32,000 nt of DNA. It comes from Candidatus Saccharimonadota bacterium (GTDB taxonomy: Bacteria; Pseudomonadota; Gammaproteobacteria; Enterobacterales; Enterobacteriaceae). The translations under genes were made by a program, and so were the position numbers. Each line of letters opens with the position of its first letter. The stretch's first letter is position 1. The notes beneath the pieces are model-generated. The model ran no database searches. It was not told the DNA's origin and saw only the letters and a program-made list of their open reading frames with translations. This document shows positions 19,843-29,517 of the stretch, piece after piece. Where the stretch lies: positions 330,001 through 362,000 of the forward strand of contig NZ_CP010048.1 of assembly GCF_000973505.1 (NCBI RefSeq), written 5' to 3'.

Positions 19843-20562
19843 TTATTTTTTAAAAGTAATTTCATTTAAAAATATACCATTTTTGTTAATTTCTACAACT
19901 GAGCCTGTATTTTTCCAGTTACCTAAAACAATTCGTTCTAATTTTTTCATATCATCGACAATTGTGTAATATTTTTTTGCTTGATGGATATGACCATGAA
20001 TCATGAAATCTGTATTGGTTTGTAATAGTATTTTTTTAATTTTTTTTTGATCGATGGTATCAGATGTCACGTTGTTATGTTTTTTATTATTTTGTATAAT
20101 ACGACTAATATATAGGCGAGTCGATAATGGTAATGATAAAAATATTTTTTGAAGCCACATTTGTCTTGTGTATTTACGAAATCGTTGATAGTTATTATCA
20201 TTAATACATAAAGTATCTCCGTGTAAAATAATTATTCGATGTCCTAAAAATTCCAAAATATTTTTGGATGGTAATAAAGTGATACCACAATTAATAGCAT
20301 ATGTGTTGCCTAATAAAAAATCATGATTTCCATGAATGAAATAACATGGAGTATGATGGCGATACAGATATTGTAATGCATTGGAAATTTCAATATGCAA
20401 TGGATTAGGATCATCATCACCTATCCATATTTCAAAGAGATCTCCAAGTATATATAATGCTTGAGCATGAATTGCTTGATTGTGTAAGAAATTTATAAAA
20501 GATTGAACAATGTATGGTTTGTTATTACAAAGATGAACGTCTGATACGAATAAAATAAACAT
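19843..20562 (-). CDS. lpxH: UDP-2,3-diacylglucosamine diphosphatase (lipid A biosynthesis)
   Basis: 239 aa. FVSDVHLC, ALYILGDLFEIWIGDDDPNPLH, CYFIHGNHDFLLG and ILHGDTLC match the E. coli LpxH metallophosphoesterase motifs. Confidence 0.93.
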   Translation of the reverse strand: MFILFVSDVHLCNNKPYIVQSFINFLHNQAIHAQALYILGDLFEIWIGDDDPNPLHIEISNALQYLYRHHTPCYFIHGNHDFLLGNTYAINCGITLLPSKNILEFLGHRIIILHGDTLCINDNNYQRFRKYTRQMWLQKIFLSLPLSTRLYISRIIQNNKKHNNVTSDTIDQKKIKKILLQTNTDFMIHGHIHQAKKYYTIVDDMKKLERIVLGNWKNTGSVVEINKNGIFLNEITFKK

Positions 20563-20690
20563 GTATGATTTGATTATGTTAATTATTAGTTTGTAATTTT
20601 TATTTATTGTGTTAATAAAACAGTATCGATTTTTTTGTTTTTTTAATAAATTTTATATAACAATAATCACTGAAGATCAACAATTGTTTG

Positions 20691-20708
20691 CTGAGATTTA
20701 CATCTCAG
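20691..20708. other. Isolated perfect hairpin (ctgagat-ttac-atctcag) in the lpxH/cysS divergent spacer
   Basis: A 7-bp perfect stem with a 4-nt loop, read directly from the sequence. It lies ~125-130 nt from both start codons. Function is unknown. Confidence 0.25.
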
Positions 20709-20833
20709 ATCATTCTATCAATATGACGTTAATAAAATATTTACCATTACTATATGAATAGTATTTATAATTTGTTAAATTACTACACTATTTTTTTATG
20801 CGTTAGAATATATTTTTGTAATCATGGATAGTT

Positions 20834-22264
20834 ATGTTAAAAATTTTTAATACTTTAACAAGAAAAAAAGAACATTTTAGACCGATCAAATCAGGTCATG
20901 TAAGTATATATGTATGTGGTGCTACTGTATACGATTTATGCCACATTGGACATGCCCGTACTTTTTTGTTTTTTGATTTTGTTGTTCGTTATTTACAATA
21001 TTCTGGATATACAGTTAACTATGTACGTAATATCACTGATATTGACGATAAAATTATTCAACGTGCTTTCATGAATAAAGAATCTTATCAAAAATTAACT
21101 AATCGTATGATTGTAGCTATGCAAAATGATTTAACTGCTTTAAATGTTATCCCTCCAAACTATGAACCACGTGTTACAGAATATATGAATGATATTATTG
21201 CATTTATATCTAAACTTATTGATAAAAATTATGCTTATATAGCTTCAAACGGAGATGTCTTATTTTCTCTTAAAAAAGCAAAAAATTATAATGTTCTTTC
21301 CGGTCAAAATCTTGAAAAAATGTATATTATGAAGTCTTCTAATGTATCTTTTAAACGTCATCCAATGGATTTTGTATTATGGAAAAAATGTAATAGTAAT
21401 AATAATTCCTTATTATTATCTGATTCGGTTTGGTTTTCCCCATGGGGAAATGGTCGACCTGGTTGGCATATTGAGTGTTCTGTCATGAGTTATGTTTTAC
21501 TTGGGAAGCATTTTGACATTCATGGAGGAGGAATAGATTTAATATTTCCTCATCATGAAAATGAAATAGTTCAATCTACTGCAGCTTATGATACCCCGTA
21601 TGCTAATATATGGATGCATGTAGGTATGGTGAAACGCAATTCAATGAAAATGTCTAAATCATTAAAAAATTTTTTTACTATACGGGATGTGTTGCAAAAT
21701 TACGACCCCGAAACTGTTCGGTATTTTTTAATGTCAGCACATTATCGAAATTCGATCAATTATACAAATGAAAATATTCGTCAATCTAGATTATCATTGG
21801 AACATTTATATATGTCATTAAGAAATATTGATAAAATCAATAGTACGATAGGTGAAGATTATTTCATATCAAAATTTATTTCTGAGATAGATAATGATTT
21901 TAATATGCCAGGTGCTTATTCTGTATTATTTGAAATATCACATAAAATAAACCAATTAAAGAGTAAAGGAAATAAATATATTACAGAATTACAAAATTTG
22001 GCATCTACATTACGTTATTTAGGTCAATTATTGGGTTTGTTAAATCAAAATCCTGACTGTTTTTTAAAAAGAATATTTAAACCTTCTGTGATAAAAGATC
22101 AAGATCTAATACAAGAAATAGAACTGTTAGTTAAAAACAGAAATATTGCAAGGAAAAATAAAAATTGGATATTAGCGGATCAATTACGATGTGCATTGTA
22201 TGAATTAGGGGTAATATTAGAAGATGATTCACAAGGAAGCACCATGTGGAGATTTATTAGTTAA
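20834..22264 (+). CDS. cysS: Cysteine--tRNA ligase
   Basis: 476 aa. MLKIFNTLTRKKE.F, YVCGATVYDLCHIGHART (HIGH), GWHIECS, FPHHENE and KMSKSLKNF (KMSKS). Confidence 0.95.
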   Translation: MLKIFNTLTRKKEHFRPIKSGHVSIYVCGATVYDLCHIGHARTFLFFDFVVRYLQYSGYTVNYVRNITDIDDKIIQRAFMNKESYQKLTNRMIVAMQNDLTALNVIPPNYEPRVTEYMNDIIAFISKLIDKNYAYIASNGDVLFSLKKAKNYNVLSGQNLEKMYIMKSSNVSFKRHPMDFVLWKKCNSNNNSLLLSDSVWFSPWGNGRPGWHIECSVMSYVLLGKHFDIHGGGIDLIFPHHENEIVQSTAAYDTPYANIWMHVGMVKRNSMKMSKSLKNFFTIRDVLQNYDPETVRYFLMSAHYRNSINYTNENIRQSRLSLEHLYMSLRNIDKINSTIGEDYFISKFISEIDNDFNMPGAYSVLFEISHKINQLKSKGNKYITELQNLASTLRYLGQLLGLLNQNPDCFLKRIFKPSVIKDQDLIQEIELLVKNRNIARKNKNWILADQLRCALYELGVILEDDSQGSTMWRFIS

Positions 22265-22424
22265 TTATTTGATCTTATTTTGTATTAAATGTTACATAAT
22301 CGTTAATAAATAATTGATATTTATCAAATTATTTGACTAATGTACAATGATTCATCTTAGCAAAAACATTGTTTTGAAATTATTTAGCAAAAAAGTAGTT
22401 TGTTATACAAAAATGATAATGATA

Positions 22425-23285
22425 TTATACGTATTTATGATATCGAATATAAGCCTGAAATGTATTTTGAATTAAAGTAGCTACCGTCATAGGTCCTACT
22501 CCCCCTGGAACTGGGGTAATGTAAGAAGCCTGATTATATGTGCTAAAGAAATCTACATCTCCCACTATTTTTCCATTTTTTAATCTATTAATTCCTACAT
22601 CTATTACTATAGCTCCTGGTTTAATCCAACTTCCATGAATAAAATTTGCTTTTCCAACAGCGACAATTAATAAATCAGCATGTTTAACATGTTGTTTTAA
22701 ATTATGAGTAAATCGATGAGTAATCGATACTGTACACCCTGCTAATAACAATTCTAGACTCATTGGTCGGCCTACAATATTTGATGCACCAATTATGACT
22801 GCATGAAGAACATGTGTGTTAATATGATATTTATTTAACAAAGTGATAATGCCTTGAGGGGTGCATGGTCGAAGCATGGGTGATCGTTGACATAATCGTC
22901 CAATATTATACGGATGTAATCCATCTACATCTTTTGAGGGCAAAATTTTTTCTATTACATTGATTTGGTTAATATTTTTTGGTAATGGTAATTGTATTAA
23001 TATACCATCTATATAATCGTCGATATTTAGTGTTTCAATCAATTTTAATAATGAGTTTTCATCGCTTTCTTGTGAAAGATTATAACAAAATGAACAAATA
23101 CCAACTTCTTTACAAGCTTTTTGTTTACTATTTATATAAATTTTTGAAATTGGATTATTACCTACTAAAATTATTGCTAATCCTGGAGCTCGGATCCCTT
23201 GTTTAAGATATTTTTGTATTTTGTATGCAATTTTTGTTTTTATTTGTGTGGCAATTCGTGTGCCATCAATTATTTTTGCTACCAT
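22425..23285 (-). CDS. folD: Bifunctional methylenetetrahydrofolate dehydrogenase/cyclohydrolase
   Basis: 286 aa. [22 protein letters not shown]...[38 protein letters not shown] and [14 protein letters not shown]. Confidence 0.95.
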   Translation of the reverse strand: MVAKIIDGTRIATQIKTKIAYKIQKYLKQGIRAPGLAIILVGNNPISKIYINSKQKACKEVGICSFCYNLSQESDENSLLKLIETLNIDDYIDGILIQLPLPKNINQINVIEKILPSKDVDGLHPYNIGRLCQRSPMLRPCTPQGIITLLNKYHINTHVLHAVIIGASNIVGRPMSLELLLAGCTVSITHRFTHNLKQHVKHADLLIVAVGKANFIHGSWIKPGAIVIDVGINRLKNGKIVGDVDFFSTYNQASYITPVPGGVGPMTVATLIQNTFQAYIRYHKYV

Positions 23286-23386
23286 GAAAATTTATATCCA
23301 GTATGTTTGTTTAATGAGTAATTATTCAATTATAAATATGAAAAATGTTAATTTTTATCATAAATGATATTAATATTTAAGGATTC

Positions 23387-23414
23387 TTGACTCACATTAT
23401 GATCTTAGTATAAT
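23387..23414 (+). promoter_or_regulatory. Near-consensus sigma70 promoter upstream of tRNA-Arg (TTGACT, 16-nt spacer, TATAAT)
   Basis: The -35 ttgact is at 23387-23392, the spacer is 16 nt, and the -10 tataat is at 23409-23414, ~60 nt upstream of the tRNA 5' end. TATAAT alone is common in AT-rich DNA; it is the paired TTGACT at correct spacing that makes this notable. Confidence 0.4.
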
Positions 23415-23473
23415 AAAAATGGATATGAAAATAATTATGTAATTATTATTAAATGTTCTTATATTTATTATGT

Positions 23474-23547
23474 GCGCCCTTAACTCAATTGGATAGAGTA
23501 GCAGCCTTCTAAGCTGCAGGTAACAGGTTCAAATCCTGTAGGGCGCG
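23474..23547 (+). tRNA. argU: tRNA-Arg (anticodon UCU, reads AGA)
   Basis: It folds by hand into a cloverleaf: acceptor GCGCCCT/AGGGCGC, D stem ACTC/GAGT, anticodon stem GCAGC/GCTGC with loop CTTCTAA, T stem ACAGG/CCTGT with loop TTCAAAT, and discriminator G. CCA is not encoded. It closely resembles E. coli argU. Confidence 0.93.
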
Positions 23548-23992
23548 AATCTCATTACATTAATATTGCAATATGTTATGTAAATATTGTAAATTAATAA
23601 TAACATTATCATTAGCAATAAGCTAATTAAAAAAATACATGTTACACTGGTGTCAAAAAATGAACAATTGTAAATCAAAATATAATTTACAAATTATGAA
23701 CCTATATATAGTAAATATATATTTAAATTATTTGGATATTTTTATGAAGAAATTTTAAAAATCGTTCTTAATTTTAGTTTGTTTTTATTAATATTAGTTG
23801 CTCAATGTTTTAAAAAATATATGTTTATATTAACAATCATTATTATTGTTAATACTTGTTAGAAATATTTTTTAAATATAGCTATATTTACGTGTTGCTT
23901 ACATGTTAAAATATGTAACATTGCAAAACATCAATTATTATTTATAATATTTAAACACCTTCTTTTTATAGATAAGTAGTTGTGGAATAATT

Positions 23993-24967
23993 ATGATTGC
24001 TGGTTTATTGTTTTCTCTTGGAGCCAATTTGTTATGGGGACTAATTTTTATTGGCCCACTTTTAGTTCCAGAGTATCCAGGAGTATTACAAGCAGCAGCA
24101 AGATATGTTGCATTTGGGATTATTACTTTGCCTTTGTCATGGTTTGATAGAAATCGTTTGTTTAAATTGTTACGTAAAGATTGGATAGAAGCAATAAAAT
24201 TGGTGTTAGTCGGTAATTTAATATATTATGCATGTCTTACGAATGCTATCCAACGTACTGGATCGCTGATTTCCACAATAATTATTGGCACTTTACCAGC
24301 TGTTTTAGCTATTACTGCTAATCTTTCATATACCACCTATAATAAAAAGGATAAGTTATCATGGAACGTACTTCTAGTTGGACTATGTTTTATCGTATTC
24401 GGTTTGATATGTGTGAATTTAGAAGAATTGCAGTATACATTAAATATTTTCAGTTTTCAGGAGTATTTTAGTGGCATAATATTGGCTGTTGTCTCTGTAA
24501 TTTGTTGGACTTGGTACGCGTTACGAAATGCCAAATGGTTAAAACAACATTCATATAGTACATCGATGACTTGGACTATAGCGCAAGGAATAGTACTATT
24601 ACCTTTATCTTTTATATTTTATGTTGGTATTTGCATATTTTTTAATATAGTTAACAGTGATTTTATATTACCTTTGGGGCCGAGACCGAAGGTATTTATT
24701 TTGTTAATGTTTGCTATTGGTTTTTTATGTTCTTGGGTAGGTACTTTTTTTTGGAATGAAGCTAGCCAACGTTTACCAACTGTGTTTATGGGTCCGTTGA
24801 TTGTATTTGAAACTATATTTGGATTATTGTATACTTTTATACACAGGAAAATTTGTCCATCGTTTTTAACATTATTTGGTATATTACTTTTGATAGTAGG
24901 TGTTGTATATATTAGTAGTACCAAATTATTTTTAATAAAAAAAGATGAACGATCTGTTAAGAGTTAG
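23993..24967 (+). CDS. Inner-membrane transporter of the DMT/EamA superfamily (about ten predicted TM segments; YtfF-like)
   Basis: 324 aa, very hydrophobic, with two halves of ~5 hydrophobic segments each as in EamA-repeat proteins. The N-terminus LLFSLGANLLWGLIFIGPLLVPEYPG and IQRTGSLISTIIIGTLPAV resemble my recollection of E. coli YtfF. The family assignment is firmer than the orthologue assignment. Confidence 0.7.
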   Translation: MIAGLLFSLGANLLWGLIFIGPLLVPEYPGVLQAAARYVAFGIITLPLSWFDRNRLFKLLRKDWIEAIKLVLVGNLIYYACLTNAIQRTGSLISTIIIGTLPAVLAITANLSYTTYNKKDKLSWNVLLVGLCFIVFGLICVNLEELQYTLNIFSFQEYFSGIILAVVSVICWTWYALRNAKWLKQHSYSTSMTWTIAQGIVLLPLSFIFYVGICIFFNIVNSDFILPLGPRPKVFILLMFAIGFLCSWVGTFFWNEASQRLPTVFMGPLIVFETIFGLLYTFIHRKICPSFLTLFGILLLIVGVVYISSTKLFLIKKDERSVKS

Positions 24968-25117
24968 TTTATGTTGCTAACAAAATGATGTCATACTAGT
25001 TTACACTATATCCATGTTTTTTTTAAAGATAAAAATATAAAGCTGAATATTTTTTATATTAGGTGTTTTTGTATTTTTTTAATAATATTAAATTTAGTTA
25101 AAATATAACTATTGGGT

Positions 25118-25864
25118 ATGTTATTAATGATTTCAAAAAATATGTTAATTCAATATAATATTATTTCTCAGCTAAATTTGATAAATTTCACCATATCCAT
25201 AATGTTTTTTTATGTCATTATGTTTTCTGTTACACCTCGGTTCTGTTTTGCAAAAAAATTGTTGTGTATAGATAGCAATATTCAAAAAAAATACAATTTT
25301 TTATTATTAAAATCACAAAATTATAATTTTTCCGTTGAAATCCCTACAAAAAAAATATTTGACAATAATCATTATGGTTTAAAATATCAAGCATGTATTC
25401 AATCACAGTATTATTTAAATAATGACAAATTTTTATTTGTAAAATATTCTGGAATAAAAGAATATTACAATGGTTCATTATTCAAAAATATTTTATTAAT
25501 TGGTTCGGGATATAATATTTTTCATGGACCAGTATGTTTTTCTCAAATGCGATACTCCCCTGGTTTTTATTACACTATTGTATATAATAATCATCAAAAC
25601 AACTGTTTTAAATCATTAATGTATGGTTCTGGTATGTATACGTATCAGTTGATTAATAATATTTATTATTATCAATATTTAGGTGTATTAGCAAATTTAA
25701 AACATATATGTACTAAATTTGAAAATTCATTAAGTATATTTTTTAATAGTCAAACTGTTTTATTGAAATGTTCCTATAATGTTGTTTTAAACGAAAATAA
25801 ATTTCAAAATCTGTTACCAAATGTTAATAAATATGTTTCGGTATCTTTTACATATTTTTTATAA
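25118..25864 (+). CDS. Hypothetical exported protein, probable outer-membrane beta-barrel (orphan; possible PagP-derived relic)
   Basis: It has an N-terminal hydrophobic segment ending CFA|KK, which looks like a signal peptide. The mature part is rich in alternating aromatic/polar runs (FYYTIVYNN, MYTYQLINNIYYYQYLGV) and has an aromatic C-terminus (VSFTYFL). GPVCFSQMRYSPG (25526-25564) resembles the PagP motif GPVTFQMTYIPG. The start is uncertain: TTG 25112, ATG 25118, 25127 or 25142. Confidence 0.55.
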   Translation: MLLMISKNMLIQYNIISQLNLINFTISIMFFYVIMFSVTPRFCFAKKLLCIDSNIQKKYNFLLLKSQNYNFSVEIPTKKIFDNNHYGLKYQACIQSQYYLNNDKFLFVKYSGIKEYYNGSLFKNILLIGSGYNIFHGPVCFSQMRYSPGFYYTIVYNNHQNNCFKSLMYGSGMYTYQLINNIYYYQYLGVLANLKHICTKFENSLSIFFNSQTVLLKCSYNVVLNENKFQNLLPNVNKYVSVSFTYFL

Positions 25865-26115
25865 AATGTTAATGACTTATAAAAAATGATGTTAAATATG
25901 TAATAATTAACAAAAAAAATTGTTTTCGTATCATAATTCAATTGATGATTTTATGTTAAATACACAACAAGAAACATATTATGATTAATAAATATTTTAA
26001 ATATTTATTAAACTATACAACAATATTTATAATTAAAAAAATATTTGAATAATTATACAAAAATATTTTTTATGCATACAATGATGGTGATTGTATAAAA
26101 TATTTCTTAATATTC

Positions 26116-27222
26116 TTATATAATGTCTCTATGAATATATACTGACATAATAATTCCAAAACTTGATAAAAATACTATTAACGCTGATCCACCATAGCTA
26201 ACTAATGGCAATGGAATTCCTACCACTGGCAAAAGACCACTGACCATTCCGATATTTGTAAATACGTATATAAATAAAATAATCATTAAACTACTACTTA
26301 TGATTCTTCCAAAAATATTTTTTGCATTAATAGCAATAAAAAAACCCCTAATAATAATATTTACATATAGTAATAATAATACTATTTCTCCTATTAATCC
26401 TAATTCTTCACCAATTACAGAAAAAATAAAATCAGTATGTCTTTCTGGTAAAAATTCAAGTTGTGACTGTGTACCATTCAACCAACCTTTTCCGGTTAAT
26501 CCCCCTGAACCGATAGCGATTTTTGATTGAGTAATATGATAACCTGTTCCTAATGGATCAAGATCCGGATTCAATAAAGTATTAATTCTATCTCGTTGAT
26601 AATCATGCATATAAAAAAACCAAATTATTGGAATAGAAAATATTACTATTGAGATTATTATAACAATTAATTTACCACTAAAACCTGCAAAAAATAAAGT
26701 AAATAATCCAGAAATACTGATCAAAATTGCACTACCTAAATCTGGTTGATAAGCTACAAGTACTGTAGGTATTAAAATGAGTATTAATACAAAACTAGTA
26801 TGTTTTACAGATGACAGTGATTCATTATCATAATAGTGAACATAACGAGCTAATATAAGAGGCATAATAATTTTAACTAATTCTGAAGGTTGAAAGCGAA
26901 TGTCGCCAAAAAATAACCATCTTTGTGCTCCTTTAGTAATATCTCCATAAATGTTTACCAAAATTAATAAAAATATGCAAAAGCAATATAAGTAAGGTGC
27001 CAGTGTTTCATATATACGAGGAGGTATTTGTGCCAATCCTATCATTATTATTAGACCAAAAATAATTTGAATGATCTTTTTTTCCACAATAAATATATTT
27101 TGTCCACTAGCGCTCCACATAATAAATAAACTGTATATCAAAAGTAAAATAATAAAAAAAAACAATATTCTATCAATATACATTTTTTTTCGTGTAGTAT
27201 ATTTTTTAAAAATTGTTTTCAT
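26116..27222 (-). CDS. mrdB: Peptidoglycan glycosyltransferase / rod-shape protein RodA (SEDS family)
   Basis: 368 aa. IMWSASGQ, GAQRWL..GDIRFQPSELVKI, QPDLGSAIL, HDYQRDRI, DPLGTGYHITQSKIAIGSGGLTGKGW, QSQLEFLPERHTDFIFSVIGEELG and PLPLVSYGGSALI are collinear with E. coli RodA. Confidence 0.95.
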   Translation of the reverse strand: MKTIFKKYTTRKKMYIDRILFFFIILLLIYSLFIMWSASGQNIFIVEKKIIQIIFGLIIMIGLAQIPPRIYETLAPYLYCFCIFLLILVNIYGDITKGAQRWLFFGDIRFQPSELVKIIMPLILARYVHYYDNESLSSVKHTSFVLILILIPTVLVAYQPDLGSAILISISGLFTLFFAGFSGKLIVIIISIVIFSIPIIWFFYMHDYQRDRINTLLNPDLDPLGTGYHITQSKIAIGSGGLTGKGWLNGTQSQLEFLPERHTDFIFSVIGEELGLIGEIVLLLLYVNIIIRGFFIAINAKNIFGRIISSSLMIILFIYVFTNIGMVSGLLPVVGIPLPLVSYGGSALIVFLSSFGIIMSVYIHRDII

Positions 27223-27309
27223 AAGTTATAAATACATTTTTATATAGGCATACAAAAATGATTGCGATGCAATGCATGATTGTTAATGCAACTTTTTTTA
27301 ATTAGATTT

Positions 27310-29160
27310 TTAATTAGATAATAAAATATAATCAAATATTTTTCTGGTAATTGTTCCTATTGATATTCCATTACCTCCATTTTCTAAAATGACAACAATT
27401 GCTATTGTAGGTTCATGGTACGGCGCGAAAGCAATCATTAATTTGTGATCACGTAAGTATTCTGAAATTAAACATGGATTGTAAATTTCATTATCTTTTA
27501 AACTGTAAATTTGTGCCGTTCCGGATTTTGCAGCTACTTTGTAAATAGTATCAAAAAAATTATTTCGAAGTATCCCGTTATTTCTATTAGCTGCCCCAAA
27601 CATAGCATCTTTGACAATTGTCCAGGATTCTGAGTCAGAATTACAAATTTGATATTGTGTGTTTTTATAATAAATTTGGGATTCATCTGTAACAATTGCA
27701 TGCAACAAATGGGGGGTACGCACAACACCATTATTAACCAAGGTCATAAGTGATTTTGACATTTGTATAGGAGTTGCACTCCAATAACCTTGACCTATGC
27801 CTACTGAAATTGTATCACCTGGATACCAAGGTTTTTTAAAACGTTTCATTTTCCAAGTTTTTGTGGGCATTATTCCAGAAATTTCTTCTAACAAATCGAT
27901 ACCTGTATATTGTCCGTAACCAAATTTTATCATCCATTTTGATAAATTATCTATACCCATATTATAAGCTATCTGGTAAAAAAACGTATCAGAAGATTCT
28001 TCAATAGCTTTAGTAATATTTAGATATCCGTGCCCAGTACGTTTCCAATCTCGATACCGTTTTTCTGATCCTGGAAGTTTCCACCAACCAGGATCAAATA
28101 TGGAAAAGTTTTTATTTATAGTACCTGATATTAATGCTGATATTGAAATATACGGTTTTATTGTTGATGCTGGAGGGTAAATTCCTTGAGTAGCTCGATT
28201 TAACAGTGGTAGATTTTTATCCTTTAATAATTTATTAAAGTTTTTTTCTGAAATCCCTTTAACAAATTGATTTGGATCATAGCTAGGATTAGATATCAAT
28301 GCTCGAATACTACTATCACGTGGATCTGTAACTATTACAGATGCACGATTACCTATTAATAGTTTTTCAATATATTGTTGTAAATTAATATCTAATGTTA
28401 AGAAAATATTTTTCCCTGCTTCGGGAGATTGTTTATATAACTGTCGAATAATTTCTCCTCTATTATTTACTTCAACTTTTTCGTATCCTGGTTTGCCATA
28501 CAAAATATTTTCATAATATCGTTCAATTCCTAATTTTCCTACATTACGCGTAATAAAAAATTTTTGCATATTGTTTTCTGAATTTAATTGTTTAATATCT
28601 TGAGCGTTAATTTTAGAAACATATCCAATTACATGGGTGAGTGTAGAACCATATGGATAATATCTATATTGATATTCTTTCATTTCAACACCAGAAAATC
28701 GAAATTGATTAAGCGCAAAAGATGCTTGTTCTACATCTGTGAGATCGGTTTTTATGGGTAATGACAAAAATTTTGGAAAATTTTTTCGTTTTTTTTTAAA
28801 AGCAATAATTTCATCATTAGTTATTTGTATTATTGATTGTAAAGAATTAATAGTTTCTTGTAAATCTATTACTTTTTCTTCTGTGATTTCTAACTGGTAT
28901 ATTGTTTGATTTATTGCTAATGCAACCCCATTACGATCATATATAATTCCTCTTGAAGGAGGGATTGGTAATAATTTAATTCTATTATTATTAGAACGTG
29001 TATTATAATTTTTAAAATGTATTATTTGCAAATAACATAAATTGATTATTAAAATAATAATTAATATAAAAATCAAAATACATGCGATAATTATTCGCCT
29101 AGTAAATATCGTTATTTTATTTGAACAATTATAAAAAACTTGAGAATATTTAGTCTTCAT
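27310..29160 (-). CDS. mrdA: Penicillin-binding protein 2 (elongasome transpeptidase)
   Basis: 616 aa. It has an N-terminal TM anchor, RGIIYDRNGVALA, the active-site STIKP (PPASTIKPY), the SxD-like ESSDTFFY and the KSGTAQ (KTG box). It is upstream of rodA as in the E. coli mrdAB operon. Confidence 0.94.
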   Translation of the reverse strand: MKTKYSQVFYNCSNKITIFTRRIIIACILIFILIIILIINLCYLQIIHFKNYNTRSNNNRIKLLPIPPSRGIIYDRNGVALAINQTIYQLEITEEKVIDLQETINSLQSIIQITNDEIIAFKKKRKNFPKFLSLPIKTDLTDVEQASFALNQFRFSGVEMKEYQYRYYPYGSTLTHVIGYVSKINAQDIKQLNSENNMQKFFITRNVGKLGIERYYENILYGKPGYEKVEVNNRGEIIRQLYKQSPEAGKNIFLTLDINLQQYIEKLLIGNRASVIVTDPRDSSIRALISNPSYDPNQFVKGISEKNFNKLLKDKNLPLLNRATQGIYPPASTIKPYISISALISGTINKNFSIFDPGWWKLPGSEKRYRDWKRTGHGYLNITKAIEESSDTFFYQIAYNMGIDNLSKWMIKFGYGQYTGIDLLEEISGIMPTKTWKMKRFKKPWYPGDTISVGIGQGYWSATPIQMSKSLMTLVNNGVVRTPHLLHAIVTDESQIYYKNTQYQICNSDSESWTIVKDAMFGAANRNNGILRNNFFDTIYKVAAKSGTAQIYSLKDNEIYNPCLISEYLRDHKLMIAFAPYHEPTIAIVVILENGGNGISIGTITRKIFDYILLSN

Positions 29161-29517
29161 ATTAGGATTTTTAATCTTATAAATTAAATATATTAATAAG
29201 TTATTTCCAATATCTTTAAAAAATTAATTTAAGTTGATATACATATCTTGTAATGATACGTCAATTTTATAACAGTTTAGATATATACTAAAAAATTGTT
29301 TTTGTTATTTTAGTATAATTGTTTGATAAGTAATATGTTGTTATTATCTGTATACGATAGTAAAAAAAATTACGTTTCGTACCTTTTTAAAAGAAATTAT
29401 ACATAACATTTAAAATACCTTAGAAATGGTTTATTCTTGATTGTCAATGTAGACATTGATTGTTATTCGTGAGCATTGCAAATATACTAACAAATATTTG
29501 TTGATTATTTTGCATTA

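Noticed and set aside
19784-19969. A 61-aa plus-strand ORF downstream of icd
   Set aside because: Most of it overlaps the 3' end of lpxH on the opposite strand. It is a typical shadow ORF.
22307-22334. An AT-only imperfect inverted repeat (aaataattgata..tatcaaattattt) between the convergent cysS and folD genes, as a bidirectional terminator
   Set aside because: The stem is purely A/T with a bulge and would be very weak. Such palindromes arise by chance in DNA of this composition. It is noted but not annotated.
23474-23992. Possible prophage or island integration at tRNA-Arg(UCU); argU is a classical integration site in E. coli
   Set aside because: The 445 bp downstream contain no integrase, no ORF and no duplicated tRNA 3' end (att-like repeat) that I can find.
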